From an uncultured Eubacteriales bacterium (lineage in GTDB: Bacteria; Bacillota; Clostridia; Oscillospirales; Oscillospiraceae): a stretch of 64,000 nt of DNA. Position 1 is the first letter of the stretch, and each line of letters begins with the position of its first letter. Shown here piece by piece: positions 17,939 to 27,775 of this stretch. The notes under the pieces were generated by a model. That model saw only the letters and a list, made by a program, of their open reading frames with translations. It searched no databases and was not told the DNA's origin. Location: the NCBI GenBank assembly GCA_900547405.1, contig URGL01000002.1, positions 16,563-80,562 of the forward strand. Direction: 5' to 3'. Made by a program: the position numbers and the translations under genes.

Positions 17939-19464
17939 TTCTGATCCGGGGGCTGCTGGCCGCCGTCCATCTTTCCGTCAGGAGGATTGCCCTCCGGGGG
18001 AGTCTTTCCGTCAAAGTCCGGTCTTTCTCCGTCAGTATTCCTCCGGTCCCCATCCGGCCGACCCATGCCGCCGTGACCGCCGCCAAATCCGCCCATACCG
18101 GAAGTAACCGCTCCGGTTTGAACTTCTGCCGCAGTCTGGCTATCTCCGGAGGCCAAGGTGCAGCTCTCGCCCTCTGTCAGCCGATCAGAGGAGAAAAACA
18201 GATAGGAGGCATTGCATTTTGCTGTGCCCTCATAGAGGGTGCTGCCGGAGGCATCGGTAATGGCAAAGGCGCTGTCCGCCGTCGCCAGGCTGCCCCCCTG
18301 ACCCATACCGCCGGAGCCGCCGAAGAGCAAGCAAGGCTGGTCCGCCTGGAGGTTCAGCTCCATGCCGGAACTGCCGCCGGCTGCCAAAACCGTACCGCCG
18401 GAGACGGTAACAGTGCCGTCGGCATCCAGAGGCTGGTTGTCCGCCGTGCTGGCAGTCCATACGCTGACAATGCCGCCGGAGATGGTCAGGTCCCCATTAG
18501 AATCGAAGCCGTCACCGCCGGAGGTATAGGCATTGATCTTACCGCCGATGATGTTTACGGCGAAGGTAACGTCCTTCAGGTCCGGATCGGCAGCGTTGAT
18601 GCAGTCATCCGTAGACCGGATCGTGATATCACCGGAGTAGATATTGACACAGGCCCCCTCCAGCCCCTCGTAACAGGACCGGATATCAATGACAGGACCT
18701 TCCTTGCCTTCAGCTCCAATGTTCAGCGTCAAGTCACTGTGGATGGCATCGTCCCCGGCGTTGACGGTCAGGCTGCCGCTGGGAATGTCCAGCAGGGCTT
18801 CCGCGTTGATGGCATCGTTGACGGGGGCATCAACAGTCAGTGTCAGGTCCTGGATCGTCAGGCTGGCCTCTCCATCCTCGGAATCCGCGCCGGACTTAAT
18901 GCCGTTTTTCCCCTTGGCGGTAACGGTCAGGCTGCCGGTACCGCAGAGGACGACCTGGGAGCCGTCCTTGCACTTGATGACGGCGTTCTCCGCGTTTCGA
19001 TTGTCCGGGTAATTTTCATCGTTGTTTTGCTCCCCGTCCGCCAGGGCGCAGGTGCCGTTTACCTGAATGGTGACCTGAGTGCCCTTGTTGCAGGCAATGG
19101 CTCCCCGGTCAGAAGCAGTAAGAGATAGATCCTCCAGCACCAAGGTTACCCCGGTGGTGCCCTTCTTCACGGTGACGCTGCCGTCGGCGCAGCTGCCGGA
19201 AAGCACGTAGATACCAGCCTTGGAAATAGACACATGGGTGCCGTCGATCTCCACCCCGGCCCCGGAGCCGCTGACAGCGACATCGGAGAAGGTCAGCTTC
19301 ACCGCATCTGCCGTACTGACAGTTTCGGCCGTCTGGGTAACCTGCGCTGTCTGAGCCGCCTGGGTAAAGACGGCAGATGTCTTATCCGCCGCGGCGCAGC
19401 CGGAGAGGCAGACAATGGACAGGCCCAGAACCAGGGCCATGGGTTTTTGATATAGAAAACGCAT
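17935..19464 (-). CDS. lipoprotein with parallel beta-helix-like repeats and Gly/Pro-rich C-terminal tail (carbohydrate-binding-like)
   Basis: Lipobox CLSGC; repetitive T/S/G/D-rich blocks typical of beta-helix surface proteins; C-terminal GMGGFGGGHGGMGRPDGD... low complexity; AGGAGGT SD; 4 nt overlap with downstream MBL gene. Confidence 0.5.
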   Translation of the reverse strand: MRFLYQKPMALVLGLSIVCLSGCAAADKTSAVFTQAAQTAQVTQTAETVSTADAVKLTFSDVAVSGSGAGVEIDGTHVSISKAGIYVLSGSCADGSVTVKKGTTGVTLVLEDLSLTASDRGAIACNKGTQVTIQVNGTCALADGEQNNDENYPDNRNAENAVIKCKDGSQVVLCGTGSLTVTAKGKNGIKSGADSEDGEASLTIQDLTLTVDAPVNDAINAEALLDIPSGSLTVNAGDDAIHSDLTLNIGAEGKEGPVIDIRSCYEGLEGACVNIYSGDITIRSTDDCINAADPDLKDVTFAVNIIGGKINAYTSGGDGFDSNGDLTISGGIVSVWTASTADNQPLDADGTVTVSGGTVLAAGGSSGMELNLQADQPCLLFGGSGGMGQGGSLATADSAFAITDASGSTLYEGTAKCNASYLFFSSDRLTEGESCTLASGDSQTAAEVQTGAVTSGMGGFGGGHGGMGRPDGDRRNTDGERPDFDGKTPPEGNPPDGKMDGGQQPPDQK

Positions 19465-19482
19465 AAACTTTACCTCCTATTT

Positions 19483-19620
19483 GATACCCTCTCCTGGGAG
19501 AGGGTGACCCGGCGAAGCCGGGTCGGGTGTGGGGCGGCACGCAGAACCAACCTGGTTCCGCCCCTCATCCACCGCCAGGGCGGTCCCCCTTCCCCCCAAG
19601 GGAAGGTTTTGGATTTACAG
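19483..19620. repeat. multi-hairpin intergenic repeat element, copy B
   Basis: Same five-hairpin order as copy A with shared cores GGCGAAGCCGGG, CGGGTGTGGGGCGG, CCCCTCATCC, CCGCC..GGCGG, CCCCC.GGGAAGG. Confidence 0.5.
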
Positions 19621-19860
19621 CCGCTCCCCGTCCTTGGGTTCGGCGGGCAGTCCGCTGGATATTTCCAGATTGCCGTTGCGGCAGCGCATGGCATCCAGCA
19701 GCTGTTTTTCCTTTGCGGCCTCCTTCAGTCGGACCTGGTATTCCAGGCTGTAGGCAAAGGCCAGCAGGGCCCCCAGACTCAAGGATACCAAAGTTGTAAT
19801 ACAAAAGGCTCCAAAAGTCAAGGAGCTGCCATAAACCGAGGAAAAAATACCGTTAAGCAT
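19615..19860 (-). pseudogene. N-terminal fragment of a small membrane protein (possibly the membrane partner of a VTC-domain gene), truncated by repeat copy B
   Basis: 81 aa with one TM helix; the last ~12 codons and the stop are encoded by repeat element B. Confidence 0.35.
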
Positions 19861-20240
19861 AGCGTCTGTCCTCCCGGATCATTTCTTTTTCCATCTGCTG
19901 ATAAGCTCTGCCGTATTTGGAATAGGACAGAGGGAATATCCCTATATCCGACAGGACCGAGCTTAGCCACAGGGGCATGGCATTGGAGATCTTGATTTCC
20001 ATCAGGGTCTCGCCCTCTTTCAGCAATGGCTCGCCCCAGGCACCCAGCCGCAGGTCTAAGCCTCGAATGCGCCAGAGGATATCCCGGTCCAGGGTCAGCC
20101 GCAGGCCCGGGTCCTCCAGTCCCCGGAAGGAATCCCGCTCATAGCTGACGAACATGGCCGGGGACAAATCGCCATAGGCAAAAAGGATCCAGTCCAGCTC
20201 CCGGAAAATCTGCCCCTCACCGCCGGGGATACTGCCATCT
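19853..20240 (-). pseudogene. VTC-domain protein remnant (C-terminal ~130 aa only)
   Basis: FVSYERDSFRG...RLTLDRDI...LMEIKISNAMPLW...SKYGRA resembles the C-terminal part of bacterial VTC (CYTH-like) proteins. The frame stays open upstream to ~20240 with no start and meets an opposite-strand gene fragment. Confidence 0.45.
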
Positions 20241-20556
20241 TCAGCGGATTGCCGCCAGCCTGATGGAAAACGCCATCAAATACGAGCCCAGGGGCGGCCA
20301 AGTCCTGGTAACCCTTACCCGTTCCCGCCGTCACGCAATTCTGGAGGTCCGCAACCGAAGCACCCGTATCTCTCAGGAGGACCTGCCCCATATCTTCGAC
20401 CGGTTCTACCGCAGCGACAAAAGCCGCCAGTCAAAAACCGGCGGCCACGGGTTGGGTTTGGCAATTACGAAGGAAATGGTCACAAAGCTGGGAGGCACCA
20501 TCCAGGCTGGCAGCGGGGAGGATGGCACCGCATTCACCGTAAAGCTCCCGCTATAA
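20240..20556 (+). pseudogene. histidine kinase C-terminal (HATPase_c) remnant
   Basis: LQRIAASLMENAIKYEPRGGQVLVTL...DRFYRSDKSRQSKTGGHGLGLAITKEMVTKLGGTI are the N/G1/G2 boxes of an HK ATPase domain. No DHp/His box or sensor upstream; abrupt junction near 20240. Confidence 0.5.
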
Positions 20557-20589
20557 ACCCTCTCCCGGGAGAGGGTGGCAGGTCTGGAA

Positions 20590-21618
20590 TTATCTTCCCA
20601 GTGCCCAGCGGAATCTTGACCGAAGCAGCAGCTCATTGAGGAGCGTCAGCACCAATAAAATGAGTGCCAGTTCCAGACTCTTCTCCCCCAGCATGGCGAG
20701 CCGGTTGGGGAAGTTCTCCATGGGTATCCCCAGCTTCGGGAAATAGACATAAATAGCCGTGATCACCGGGGTCTGGTGCCAGACAAAGTAGATCAGACTG
20801 TTCCGGCCCAGATAGCGGATGGGCTTCGCTGTTATCCACTGAGAGGCAAGGAGCACCGCTCCGATGCCGCAGAAGGCCCCGAAGTAGCTCCACAGGGGGC
20901 TGCCATACTGATTCTTGAATACGTCCATGCCGGCAGTCATTCCCTTCACCACCGTGAAGGCAACGGCCAGGTTTCCGGCGGTCAGCAGCCCGAGGGCAAT
21001 AGGTCTGGTTTTTCCACTTTGGAGCCAGGACAGGGTCTTCGGGCTGTCTTTCAGCAGATATCCCCCAATAAAAAAGGGCATGACCCCAAAGCAGGCATCC
21101 AGGTTCCAGGGCAGCACAGGCAGCCCCGCCTTTGCGTAAAGAATGCCCACAGCCCCCATAGCGGCTGCCGTCAGCGCCAGAGGTACCGGCTTTTTGACCA
21201 GCCGAAGCAGCCAGTAAGCCAGAATTTCCAGCAGGAACAGGCAAGCCAGAAACCAGATGGGCCACAGCCGCCGCTGGACCAACACTCCCAGGCTCATCTC
21301 CCCCACCCGTTCCCAAAAGTCTGCCGAACTCCCGGCCAGAGCCGCCTCCGCCGGGATGATGGGCAGGGCCAGCGCGAAATAGGGCAGCAGCAGTTTTTGA
21401 AGCTTCCCTTTCCAAAAGTCCACCCAGGGCCGGTCCGCCCGAAAAAGGAACCCGGACAGGAAGAAAAACAGCGGCACATGGAAGGTATAAAGCCACCGGG
21501 AAATCGGGTGCCCGGTCATCACATGGGAGAGGATGATTGCCAGCATCCCCCAGCCCTTGGCCGTATCCACCCAGGTGACTCTTTTCCCTCTTTCCATATA
21601 CCCAGCCTCCAGCTTCAT
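20590..21618 (-). CDS. acyltransferase family 3 (OatA/OafA-like membrane O-acyltransferase)
   Basis: ~340 aa, ~10 TM helices, conserved N-terminal WVDTAKG...H...FFF(L)SGF motif of acyl_transf_3. Confidence 0.75.
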   Translation of the reverse strand: MKLEAGYMERGKRVTWVDTAKGWGMLAIILSHVMTGHPISRWLYTFHVPLFFFLSGFLFRADRPWVDFWKGKLQKLLLPYFALALPIIPAEAALAGSSADFWERVGEMSLGVLVQRRLWPIWFLACLFLLEILAYWLLRLVKKPVPLALTAAAMGAVGILYAKAGLPVLPWNLDACFGVMPFFIGGYLLKDSPKTLSWLQSGKTRPIALGLLTAGNLAVAFTVVKGMTAGMDVFKNQYGSPLWSYFGAFCGIGAVLLASQWITAKPIRYLGRNSLIYFVWHQTPVITAIYVYFPKLGIPMENFPNRLAMLGEKSLELALILLVLTLLNELLLRSRFRWALGR

Positions 21619-21740
21619 TTCTCAAATCCGCAGGGGCGGCTGCCAGCCGCCCGCCAGCCTTTCGGAACGGAACGCTGAAATCAAGCGCTCAATCTCGGAA
21701 GCCAGACGGGCGGCTAATAGCCGCCCCTACAGGAAGGTGA

Positions 21741-23294
21741 TCAATCCATATAATACATATCCAAAGCGTCCCGCATCTTGTAGTAGTTGGGGAGCTTCCG
21801 CCAACCGTAGCCGATGGCATCGGTGCCGATACCCACCACATGGGTGTTGGGCAGAGCCTGTGTCCACTCGTAGACAACGCCGTTGCCACGCTCCATGCAC
21901 CAGAGATTTTTCAGCCAGGTCATTTTCTTGACAGGCTCCGGATCGGCAAAGGTGCGGCTCAGGTTCACATCCTCCAGGGCGGTACAGCCCAGCAGAGGCT
22001 CGTAGGACTCAATGGCACACCAGCTCAGCTCCAGCCATATCAGCTCCTTGCAATTGCTGATAGGTGTCAGGTCCCGGACATCGGTATCCGCCAAAATCAG
22101 GTACTTCAGGTGAGGCATATACGCCACAAAGTCGATATTGCGCACCCGGGAGTGGCCGATGTCAATGGCGATCATATCCTCGCAGTACTTCAGATCCACG
22201 GCGTTCCAGTCCCGGAAATAGCCGTCGCCCTGGGTCAGGGGCATAAATTTCGTATCATCCGTCCGTGCCTTGCAGATGGAGCCTAAGTACACCGTCCAGA
22301 CCACCTTGTATTCCGCCCGCTTTTCTTCCCGGAAGGCGGCCAGAGTCTCGTTGTCCAGGCCGCAGTCGGTCAGGTTCAGCTTGGTAATATTGGGGAAGCA
22401 GGAGGCATAGCGTGCCGCCTCTTCGGTGCTCGTGAGCTTCAGTCCCGTCAGGTCCACCTCTTCCGCGGTTTCAGGCACGATACGGTCCCCCACCTGAATG
22501 GTCCAGCGGATGGTCACATTGGGGTAGTCCTCCCGCAGCTGACGCAGCTCCTCCCCTGTGGCCTGGGGATTGGTGATGTCCACGGTCTTCAGATTCTTCA
22601 TGGCCGGAATGACGCCGCTGAGTTCCTGGGTGGTGGCATTTGTCACCGTCAGAGCAGTCGCTGCGAGATCCACCACCTGGCCGCCAATGTGCATACTGAA
22701 ATTCACATTCCAGTCCGGATGATCCGTTTGGAGCTGCAGCAGCAGCACATAGTCATAACACTTTTGGGCGTTGACGGTGTGAAGCTTGGGCAGATACGCC
22801 ATCGCGTCCACATCCTCCTGAGTCAGCTTCGTCACCTTTACCGTGGCCGCGGACTGGTCGTAGGTCCGGCCGTCGATCTGCACGTGATAATTCACCTGGC
22901 AGCTGGGCTTGCGCCGGACCACCTCCATGAGCTGAGGATAATCCTGGCAGTCCTGGGCCTGGAGCACCTCCAGCTGGGGAAAGTAATCCAAAACCTCCAC
23001 ATCCTCATCCGTCAGGGTTTCCACGGTAAGCTCCGAGGTAAAACTGGGGTATTTCTCCCCCTGGAAGGGAACATTCCACAGGATGGTACATCCGGGAAGT
23101 TTTTTCTTCAGCGTATCGTAGGCAGAGCAGGTCACCTCCCGCTCCCGCAGGTCCAACGCGGATTCGTTCCGCTTGTACAGGTGCCCCTCTACAACAACAA
23201 ATCGCTCCAGGGTAAAAAACGCGCCTGCCGCCACTGCCAGCATCAGGATCACCGCAATGACGATTGCGACCCACTTTGCTACGGCATTTTTCAT
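21741..23294 (-). CDS. membrane-anchored leucine-rich-repeat (LRR) domain protein
   Basis: 517 aa; N-terminal TM anchor then repeated LxxLxLxxNxI/L units (LEVLQAQDCQ, LHTVNAQKC, LKTVDITN, ITKLNLTDCGL, LKYLILADTDVRDL). Confidence 0.6.
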   Translation of the reverse strand: MKNAVAKWVAIVIAVILMLAVAAGAFFTLERFVVVEGHLYKRNESALDLREREVTCSAYDTLKKKLPGCTILWNVPFQGEKYPSFTSELTVETLTDEDVEVLDYFPQLEVLQAQDCQDYPQLMEVVRRKPSCQVNYHVQIDGRTYDQSAATVKVTKLTQEDVDAMAYLPKLHTVNAQKCYDYVLLLQLQTDHPDWNVNFSMHIGGQVVDLAATALTVTNATTQELSGVIPAMKNLKTVDITNPQATGEELRQLREDYPNVTIRWTIQVGDRIVPETAEEVDLTGLKLTSTEEAARYASCFPNITKLNLTDCGLDNETLAAFREEKRAEYKVVWTVYLGSICKARTDDTKFMPLTQGDGYFRDWNAVDLKYCEDMIAIDIGHSRVRNIDFVAYMPHLKYLILADTDVRDLTPISNCKELIWLELSWCAIESYEPLLGCTALEDVNLSRTFADPEPVKKMTWLKNLWCMERGNGVVYEWTQALPNTHVVGIGTDAIGYGWRKLPNYYKMRDALDMYYMD

Positions 23295-23397
23295 AGCATA
23301 TGCTCCTTATGTGTGTTTCCGAAGAAAACCGAAATTTTCTTCCATATTTTCTCTCTTTGTATTATGCGCAAAATGGAAGCATATGTCAAGGACTTTT

Positions 23398-24192
23398 TCA
23401 CTTTTCAAAGGTTTTGGGAATGGTAATGGTCAAAACAATTTGGTTTTCCGTCTCCCGTCGCTCCGATACCGCCGGAATGCCGGAGCGCTGGATCTTTGCA
23501 AGGGAATCCGTCAGACTGTTGAGAAAATTTCCCAGGTTGGTCTGCCGTTTTCTGGGCGTTTTTCGGGACAGCAGGGTTTCAATATAGCGCTCAGCAGCTG
23601 CCACGCTGAGTCCGTTCTTCTCGATATAGCCGATGGCCTCCCGCTTTTCTGCCTCTCCCGTCAGCTTCAGCAGAGCCCGGGCATGGCGCTCCGTAAGCCC
23701 CGCCTCCCGGATGGCATCCAGGATCTTCTCCCCGTGGCGCAGGAGCCGCAGCTTGTTGGCCACGCTGCTTTGGCTCTTTCCCAGGAGCCTTGCCGTCTGC
23801 TCCTGGGAAAGATTCTGGGCCCGCATCAGCGCGGCAATGCCCATAGCCTCCTCCACAAAGTCCAGATCCTGCCGTTGGAGATTTTCTACCAGGGCGGCAA
23901 TACCGGACTCCTGGTCGTCCATTTGCAGCAGGATGCAGGGCACTTCCGTCAGTCCCGCCTGGGCCGCCGCCCGAAGCCGCCGCTCCCCGGCGATGAGCTC
24001 ATAGCCCCCTGCTGTACGCCGAACGGACAGCGGCTGCAGCACCCCATGGGCCCGGATGGATTCTGCCAGCTCGTCCAGGGCTTCCGGCCGAAACACCCGC
24101 CTCGGCTGCATGGGATTGGGCCGGATAGCCCGGATGGGCAGAAAGACGACCCTCCCGGTCTCCATATAGGTCTTCAGCTTCTGGCACTGCAT
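23398..24192 (-). CDS. ParB/Spo0J/Noc-like protein (ParB N-terminal nuclease-like plus HTH domain)
   Basis: 264 aa; LPIRAIRPNPMQPRRVF, GGYELIAGERRLRAA and HTH QEQTARLLGKSQSSVANKLRLL. GGGGGAGGAAGGG SD. No ParA adjacent. Confidence 0.75.
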   Translation of the reverse strand: MQCQKLKTYMETGRVVFLPIRAIRPNPMQPRRVFRPEALDELAESIRAHGVLQPLSVRRTAGGYELIAGERRLRAAAQAGLTEVPCILLQMDDQESGIAALVENLQRQDLDFVEEAMGIAALMRAQNLSQEQTARLLGKSQSSVANKLRLLRHGEKILDAIREAGLTERHARALLKLTGEAEKREAIGYIEKNGLSVAAAERYIETLLSRKTPRKRQTNLGNFLNSLTDSLAKIQRSGIPAVSERRETENQIVLTITIPKTFEK

Positions 24193-24367
24193 TGCCCTTC
24201 CTCCCCCGGTAAAAGATACCTCCTATTCTAGCCCCTCGGAATGCGGAAATCCCACGAAACCGTCCCCGGATCCGGTGCTTTTTCCGCAGGACCGGCATCA
24301 CCCAAAAAAATTCAGGAAATCCTAAAATTTTCCTTTACTTTTTCAATCAATACGTGTATACTGATTG

Positions 24368-24486
24368 GCGAACAGAGTAGGAGACCCTGCGTGAAGTGCT
24401 GTCAAGATGGGGAGTTGTGTGACAGACGAAGGACTTGTGTCCGCGATGGGATCTCCGCACCCGCTGCGCCATAATCGAGGGTCTGC
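24368..24486 (+). ncRNA. THF (tetrahydrofolate) riboswitch
   Basis: cAGAGUAGGagaccCuGCGUgAAGUG...GGGGA...CGAAGGA...CCGCGAUGGGAUcUCCGC...CGCCAUAAU matches the THF-I riboswitch consensus; precedes a folate-type ECF S-component. Confidence 0.75.
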
Positions 24487-24556
24487 CTTCTTTTATGTGG
24501 CAACGATACTCCGTTAGGTGACGTATGCGCCTTGCGGTTTACTCGGCGTACTTTCT

Positions 24557-24590
24557 CCCCGGCGGTATTTTCCGCTGGGGTTTTTGTTTG
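24557..24590 (+). terminator. THF riboswitch expression-platform terminator
   Basis: ccccggcgg-uauuu-uccgcugggg stem followed by UUUUUGUUUG. Confidence 0.5.
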
Positions 24591-24637
24591 CCGGGTCCCT
24601 GGTCTCGTCACCGCTACAACAAAGGAGGTACTTTTTC

Positions 24638-25705
24638 ATGTCCAACAACCAAAAATCCACCGCACTCTATCCCCACCCCTTTTCCCGGGCCTATTGGCGT
24701 GACGCCGCCGCGGAGCTGAAGGACACCCACATGCTGGTCTTTGCCGCCCTGATGATCGCCCTGCGGCTGGTGATGAAGCAGGTCTCCATTCCCATCACAC
24801 CGACTCTGCGGATCAACACCGGCTACTTTGTCAATGCCTTAGGCGCAATGGTCTTCGGCCCCGTCATGGCTGCCATCTGCGCCGCGATCACGGACGTGCT
24901 GGGCTACATCATCCGTCCCAACGGTGTCTACTTTCTCCCCTTCATTCTGACAGAGATCGGCGGCTCCGTGATCTTCGCCCTGTTTCTCTACCGAGCCAAG
25001 GTGACCACCACCCGGGTGGTTTTGAGCCGGTTTACCATCAATCTGCTCATCAATGTCGTGCTGCAAACGCCAATTTATATGGCCTACTATGCTCTCTACA
25101 TGGGCGGCAAGCAGTATACGCTCCTGATTGCCATGCCCGGCATTGTCAAGAACATCCTCATGTTCCCCATTGAGAGCTTCCTGCTGGCCCTATTTCTCTC
25201 TATCATGCTGCCCATCACCGCCCGTCTGGGCCTCACCTATTCCGGCAGCGACGCCAAAAAAGAGCTGAAATTCACCGGCAAGCAGGTTGCCACCCTGGCG
25301 GTGCTCCTGGTTGTGGGCATCGGCTGCGTCTTCGGCTACCTGAGCTACTACTACAAAACCACTTCTCTTTCCGCCAAATATTCCACCGAGGAGCGGTATG
25401 AGAAGAACACCCAGATGACTCAGGTCCTGGCCCACAGCGAAAACCTGGACCCGGAGACCGCCGTCACCATTGTGGAGAGCGCCTACAAGAAATTCCTTTC
25501 CAACGAAATCACCTATACCGTAGCCGTCTACACCCTGGAAGACGGCAAACTGGAGGGTTACGATAAGGATCTGGAAACCATCCGAGGCCTGTCCAAATCT
25601 AAGGCCAAAGCCGTGGCCAAAGACGGGGTCATGTCCTACCAGGAAACTGCCACGATTGTCCTCGACGATAAGACCGGCCAGGTGCTGTCCCTGACGGTAA
25701 AATAA
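24638..25705 (+). CDS. folT: ECF transporter S component, folate family (FolT-like) with long C-terminal extracytoplasmic extension
   Basis: 355 aa; N-terminal ~200 aa is a typical 5-6 TM ECF S-component; C-terminal ~150 aa is soluble-looking. AAGGAGGT SD; THF riboswitch upstream. Confidence 0.65.
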   Translation: MSNNQKSTALYPHPFSRAYWRDAAAELKDTHMLVFAALMIALRLVMKQVSIPITPTLRINTGYFVNALGAMVFGPVMAAICAAITDVLGYIIRPNGVYFLPFILTEIGGSVIFALFLYRAKVTTTRVVLSRFTINLLINVVLQTPIYMAYYALYMGGKQYTLLIAMPGIVKNILMFPIESFLLALFLSIMLPITARLGLTYSGSDAKKELKFTGKQVATLAVLLVVGIGCVFGYLSYYYKTTSLSAKYSTEERYEKNTQMTQVLAHSENLDPETAVTIVESAYKKFLSNEITYTVAVYTLEDGKLEGYDKDLETIRGLSKSKAKAVAKDGVMSYQETATIVLDDKTGQVLSLTVK

Positions 25706-25796
25706 AATTTAAGGGGCTGCCTCAAATAATTGGGGGAAATACAAAAACAACCGTGATGGAACCACGATAGGGACCATTACGGTTGCTTTTTGATTG

Positions 25797-26864
25797 TTAC
25801 AACTCCTTCGTTTGGTACATATCCTCGTAGTACTTCTGATAAGCGCCGGAGGTTACATTATTCATCCAATCCTCATGCTGTAAGTACCAGTCGATGGTCA
25901 GGACGATGCCCTTTTCGAAGGGGGTCTCGGGATACCAGCCCAGGTCGTTCTTGATCTTGGTGGGGTCGATGCCGTAGCGGCGGTCGTGGCCCAGGCGATC
26001 CTCCACGTGCTTGATCAGGTCCTCGCTGATGCCCTCGTCATTCAGCCGGTCGTGGAGCTGGGCGATGATGGTTTTGACGATAAAGATGTTGGGCCGCTCG
26101 TTGTGGCCGCCCACGTTGTAGACCTCGCCTACCTTGCCACCGTCACAGACCATGTCAATGGCCTTGCAGTGATCCTCTACATATAGCCAATCCCGGACTT
26201 GCATGCCATCGCCGTAGACGGGGAGCTGCTTGTGGTGCTTCACGTTGTTGATCATCAGAGGGATCAGCTTCTCCGGGAACTGGTAGGGGCCGTAGTTGTT
26301 GGAGCAGCGGGTGATGTTGACGGGCATGCCGTAGGTGTCGTGGAAAGCCATGACGAACATATCCGCGCTGGCCTTGGAGGAGGAGTAGGGGCTGTGGGGG
26401 CACAGGGGGGTAGTCTCCATGAAGAAGCCTTCCGCACCCAGAGCACCGTAGACCTCGTCGGTGGACACCTGGAGATACTTCTTGCCCGGTTTCCAGCTCT
26501 TGGTCCCAGCGTTGTACCAGGCCTCCTTGGCCCGCTGCAAGAGGTTCACGGTGCCCATGACGTTGGTCTGGACGAAGATTTCCGGGTTGGCAATGGACCG
26601 GTCCACGTGGCTCTCAGCCGCGAAGTTTATGACATAGTCAAAGTCGTATTTCTGAAACAGGGATGTTACCAGCTCCTTGTCGCAGATATCCCCCTGGACA
26701 AAGACGTGCCGGGGGTCTCCTTCCACGCCCTTCAGGTTTTCCAGGTTCCCGGCGTAGGTCAGCTTGTCCAGGTTGACCAGGAGAATGTCATCGTGCTTTT
26801 TCAGCATGTAGTAGACGAAGTTGGAGCCAATGAAGCCCGCACCGCCAGTTATGAATATCGTCAT
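25797..26864 (-). CDS. rfbB: dTDP-glucose 4,6-dehydratase
   Basis: 355 aa; TGGAGFIGSNF Rossmann, YxxxK SDR triad, full-length RmlB similarity. Confidence 0.95.
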   Translation of the reverse strand: MTIFITGGAGFIGSNFVYYMLKKHDDILLVNLDKLTYAGNLENLKGVEGDPRHVFVQGDICDKELVTSLFQKYDFDYVINFAAESHVDRSIANPEIFVQTNVMGTVNLLQRAKEAWYNAGTKSWKPGKKYLQVSTDEVYGALGAEGFFMETTPLCPHSPYSSSKASADMFVMAFHDTYGMPVNITRCSNNYGPYQFPEKLIPLMINNVKHHKQLPVYGDGMQVRDWLYVEDHCKAIDMVCDGGKVGEVYNVGGHNERPNIFIVKTIIAQLHDRLNDEGISEDLIKHVEDRLGHDRRYGIDPTKIKNDLGWYPETPFEKGIVLTIDWYLQHEDWMNNVTSGAYQKYYEDMYQTKEL

Positions 26865-26875
26865 ATTGGCTCCTC

Positions 26876-27766
26876 TCAGAAAAATATTTTATCCTCTGCC
26901 ACCAGGCGTAAATGCTCCCCGTATGGAGATTTCCCGTAAGCCTCTGCGGCAGCAACGAGCTGGGATTTATCAATCCATTTTTCGTGATAAGCTATTTCCT
27001 CTGGTGCGGAAATCACTACACCCTGGCGGTTCTGGACCGTCTGGACAAACACAGAAGCTTCCATCAAGCTGTCCATAGTGCCGGTATCCATCCAGGCAAA
27101 GCCACGGCCCAGAATCTGCACCTTCAGTTGCCCACGTTTTAAGTACATATCATTTAGCGTAGTAATTTCCAGCTCCCCTCTAAGGGATGGACGCACCTGT
27201 TCTGCCATCTGGGCCACACCGGCAGGATAAAAATACAGTCCTGTAATGCAATAATTAGACTTGGGATTCCTTGGTTTTTCCTCTACAGAGAGGACCGTCC
27301 GTTTACTGTCAAACTCCACAACGCCAAAGCGTTGAGGATCCCGTACATAGTAGCCAAAAATGGTGGCATCTCCGTTTTGTGCATTTTTCACAGCGTCTGT
27401 CAAGTTCTTCCTGAACCAGCCTCCGTAAAAGATGTTATCTCCTAGAATCATGGCACAGGGCTCATCCCCGATGAACTCTTGGCCAATGAGGAAGGCCTGG
27501 GCCAATCCATCTGGGCTCGGCTGCACCGCATAACTCAGGCGAATGCCGAACTGACTCCCATCCCCCAGGAGTTCCCGGAACCTCGGCGTATCAGAGGGAG
27601 TAGAGATCAGTAAAATATCTCGGATCCCCGCTAACATCAGCGCTGACAGTGGATAATAAATCATGGGTTTATCATAAACCGGCAGCAACTGTTTTGACGT
27701 GACCTTCGTCAGAGGATAGAGTCTTGTGCCGGAGCCACCGGCGAGAATGATGCCCTTCACAGGCAT
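26876..27766 (-). CDS. rfbA: glucose-1-phosphate thymidylyltransferase
   Basis: 296 aa; [18 protein letters not shown] signature of RmlA. Confidence 0.95.
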   Translation of the reverse strand: MPVKGIILAGGSGTRLYPLTKVTSKQLLPVYDKPMIYYPLSALMLAGIRDILLISTPSDTPRFRELLGDGSQFGIRLSYAVQPSPDGLAQAFLIGQEFIGDEPCAMILGDNIFYGGWFRKNLTDAVKNAQNGDATIFGYYVRDPQRFGVVEFDSKRTVLSVEEKPRNPKSNYCITGLYFYPAGVAQMAEQVRPSLRGELEITTLNDMYLKRGQLKVQILGRGFAWMDTGTMDSLMEASVFVQTVQNRQGVVISAPEEIAYHEKWIDKSQLVAAAEAYGKSPYGEHLRLVAEDKIFF

Positions 27767-27775
27767 TCCCTCCCA

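Noticed and set aside
17108-19128. Plus-strand ORFs (278 aa, 351 aa) antisense to the MBL hydrolase and beta-helix lipoprotein
   Set aside because: Antisense, Gly/Ala/Val-rich, no RBS.
20633-21678. 330 aa minus and 300 aa plus ORFs overlapping the acyltransferase-3 gene
   Set aside because: Alternative frames of a membrane-protein gene; Arg/Gly/Pro-rich, not membrane-like. The acyl_transf_3 frame has the conserved motifs.
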